The position numbers and the translations under genes are program-made. A DNA stretch of 64,000 bases from Klebsormidium nitens (taxonomy: Eukaryota; Plantae; Klebsormidiophyceae). How positions within the stretch are numbered: the stretch's first letter is position 1; each line of letters begins with the position of its first letter. The DNA lies in NCBI GenBank assembly GCA_000708835.1, contig DF236972.1, forward strand, positions 1 through 64,000, in the 5' to 3' direction. Below, one piece after another: positions 61,029-64,000 of this stretch. The notes under the pieces were generated by a model. The model made no database searches. It worked only from the letters and a program-made list of their open reading frames with translations, and had not been told where the DNA came from.

Positions 61029-64000
61029 ATGGTGGGTCGACCCAAGAAGGTCATCAACCGACTTGTGGAGAAATGGTAAGACCCCCACTTAGGCCTTTTG
61101 ATTTCAGTCATGCAGGACTGCTACTTTCAGCTTGTTCTGCCACTAGTTCTGATTTTCGTTCCATCACCAGTTCTCTGAGAAGGCCTTGTAACTCTTCAGC
61201 CAACACCTTCGACTCAAGCTCAGAGCATCTCGGTCATTGTGACCCTTACGGCGAATGCCAGCATTTGGTGTGATAACAACGACTGGCACTAAACGACCAG
61301 ATTGTGAAATGGTGTCAGACATCTGAATTGCAGTGCCCATTGCTGCCACTCAGCAACCCACAAACCTGGTCCGTAGATCCTAGCTGGAGTCATTTAGTGC
61401 TGGCCTCCTTTCCCTGCACTCAGTGCCCTTCTCTTATGCCTTCAAGAAAGTCAATTGACGGAACTCGTCTGCTAAGTATCCCAAGGCTCGATTGCCTGCT
61501 CCATAAAAGTTGAAACTTCATTTCATGCACCCACTTTCTATATGAAAATGTACTCTTGAAAGTTCGTTGAACCTTTCAATGGACTGACGAACCAAGCTGC
61601 TGAAAGCTTGGGTGCAACTCCCTCTCTATTCTTCCCATCAGACTTGGGTGATGCTTCGGTGCAGGGAACACGAGCAACTTCTCAAAGTGATGGCACGCAA
61701 GATTCAGCGGGCCAAGCCGACCTTGGTTGGAAAGACAGGTGAGGGACGCTAACTGCACTTAGTTCGCATAGCCAGGGAGGCGCGGAATCAGTAGCTTTGA
61801 GCTGAAACACGTGTCCGTAAGGAAAACAAGCAGCGGTTCATGAAACCCGAGCTCGGCTCGTCAGAGAGAGGAGTCACGAGATTCGGGTTTGCCATGGTGG
61901 TAAGTCAGCCGGTCAAAGAGGCTGAGAACGGTGCTATTCCCTTCAGATCAGATTAATGCCTCCCTAGATGGAGACCCCAGAAAAGACTAACAGCGATCAT
62001 TTACTGCCAGTGCAGCGGGATGCTTGAGAAAGGCGCAGCAACCGTCTCTGCAACCATACTTTTGACCTTTTCACCAATCAATTGTAACCTCCGCGTAACT
62101 TTTCTTTTTTGGAAAATTCAGCTGAGTCCAGCATATCGATGATTTCGTAATGCCTCCATGCAGGATCATAAGAAATCACGAGACTATTGAAAGCACATTG
62201 ACCACTACACGACAAGCGAACGTGTGATTGGGTTGTATGAGACTTCGCACTTTCGGGCGTGGTTTTTGTATTTCCCCTTCGATCTTTTTCCAATCTGCGT
62301 GCATGATCAAAAAGCCTATTTTGACACGCGGTTCAGACCCCATTTGCATTCAAAGCGTGATTCGCACCTTCCCCTAGGCTCTTCGTCGAGGTCTGCCAAG
62401 AGCACCCCCGCCTCAGTCTCCCCTTCCCGCCGCCCCTCAATCGTCAGCACCCCAAGCGAACCGCTATCCGCCCACGTGGCAAACCCACGTGCTGACACAT
62501 GTCCCGAGGCAAAGAAGAGAGCCTTGGACAAGCTCGCGCCCGGCGCTCCGCTTATCGCCGAACTAGAACGGGCAGCCAACGGTGGGAAAGCATCTCAACC
62601 GGGAAAGGTCGTCGAGAAGCCGGCGTGGAAAGGCCCTCTTGATGACATGGTGGGCGATTTTGGGGCGGGGTTTGACTTCGACGAGCTGCCGACAGGGCCC
62701 CCTCAGAGAAGGAAGACGTTTGCTGGGTTCGAAGGTGAGCGGAGTACTGGAGACGATTTTGTTTGTGCGAGGACGCGAACTTGAAAAGCGAACCCTTTTA
62801 GAGCGAACGGATCCCTGATTGTCTGATGTCGACGGCTGGGTTTAGATCGAGGAGAAGGCAGAAAAGTTGTCGTCAATCGTAGGGGTTCTTCCTCAGGGAA
62901 CTATTTGCTAGCAGGTCAGAAGTCAGCTCGTGTTGAAAGTTTCCTTAAAACAAGGATTCTGACGTCAGCGGCCTCCTTCAAACGGTAGGTTTGGTGAATG
63001 CTCCAACATCGACTATTCGCGCACGTTGGAACAACTAATTGAGACTCGTCTCGACGGGGAGTCGAGTATTCAATCTTTGCGCGGCCGCTCAATAGATGCA
63101 ACCAACGCAGTGGGGGATAACTAACCTCGTGTGCTGCGCAGACCTTCCTAATCGTCACAATACTCTCTGCAGATTCTGTATCCTGGGACCCCCTGCCGCG
63201 CCCGACTCGCCCTTCCGCCACTCCCCAAGCCAAGCCCCCCGCTGCCCCCCTCCCAAAGAAAACGTCCCCTGCCCAAAAACCTCAAACCCGAAACCAAACC
63301 CAAACCCAAACGCAGAAACGGAAACAAAACCAAGAGCCTGTTTTGCTGGTCATCCCCAACGAGCCCGTCGGGCCGCTGCGACCCAAGCCGCGCCTGTCCA
63401 GGAAGTCCGCCGGCGCTAGCGATGACGTCAGCAAGGAGGCCGGTGACGTCAGCAAGGCGAGGAGTGACGTCGGCAAGGCGCGGGCGCCGCTGCAGGCAAA
63501 GGGCGAGCTGCTGAACGCGATGCCGGTGGATCGGCCCGCTGTTGAAGAAGCGAAAAAGGCGGAACGGCCTGCGGGTTTACAGCAAACCGGCGGAAAACCC
63601 GAGGATCATAAGGGCTCCGCGGGTTCGGCCGTGCGTGATGTCACGTCAGCTGCCAGCGTGGCACCTGGAAGGAAAGAAGCGCCGGCGCGGAAAGCGGGTG
63701 CGGAGGACGGCGAGAAGTCACCAAGTGACGGGACAGCGGACGGGGGAGACGTGCCGACGAGTGACGTCAGCCCACGTCAGCCGGAAGGCGTGAGGCGACT
63801 GCCGTCGTCCAAGATCCCACGGCCACGTGGCACCCCGGGGTTCGCGCTCGCGCACAGGGCGCGGCACTCCCTGCGGTTTGGGGGAGGGGTCGGTGAATTG
63901 TTGAGCGCAACCGAGGGAGCTGCAGTGGGCTCGGAGGGGGATCCCCCAAAGGATGGGGAGGCCGAGAGCTTATCGGCGAGGCGCAGATATACGGAACAGT
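61029..64000 (+). CDS. Unidentified protein with long low-complexity P/A/K/E/S-rich region; 3' end outside the window
   Basis: Candidate start gcaaccATGg at 61029 (MVGRPKKVINRLVEK|gtaag). Exons ~61642-61739 (TWVMLRCREHEQLLKVMARK), ~62388-62734 and ~63173 to beyond 64000 splice in frame, and the last is stop-free to the window end. The link between the first two exons is unresolved. Confidence 0.55.

Overview
Gene-dense, intron-rich nuclear DNA from a green plant-lineage eukaryote. An intron-rich streptophyte alga such as Klebsormidium is an inference from gene content, GT-AG introns and the pT-type H+-ATPase. I hand-spliced 11 protein-coding genes: a fructosamine/ribulosamine 3-kinase (-), COX6A (+), PTB3 (-), ataxin-3 with a C-terminal UBX-like domain (+), an F-box protein (-), a two-LIM protein (+), an LHCA4-type antenna protein (-), cytosolic TrpRS (+), a plasma-membrane H+-ATPase (+), an ABCD-type half transporter (-) and an unidentified low-complexity protein that runs off the window end (+). 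Ten of these form five head-to-head pairs. There are two intact MITEs side by side (TA and TAA target duplications) and several decayed coding remnants. I found no tRNA, rRNA or CRISPR. The strongest unexpected signal is a pair of tandem, frame-incompatible, protein-conserved exons in COX6A that look mutually exclusive. Related duplications of exon boundaries occur in PTB3, FN3K and TrpRS, and a donor-derived repeat occurs in the ABCD gene. All gene models are manual and lack RNA evidence.
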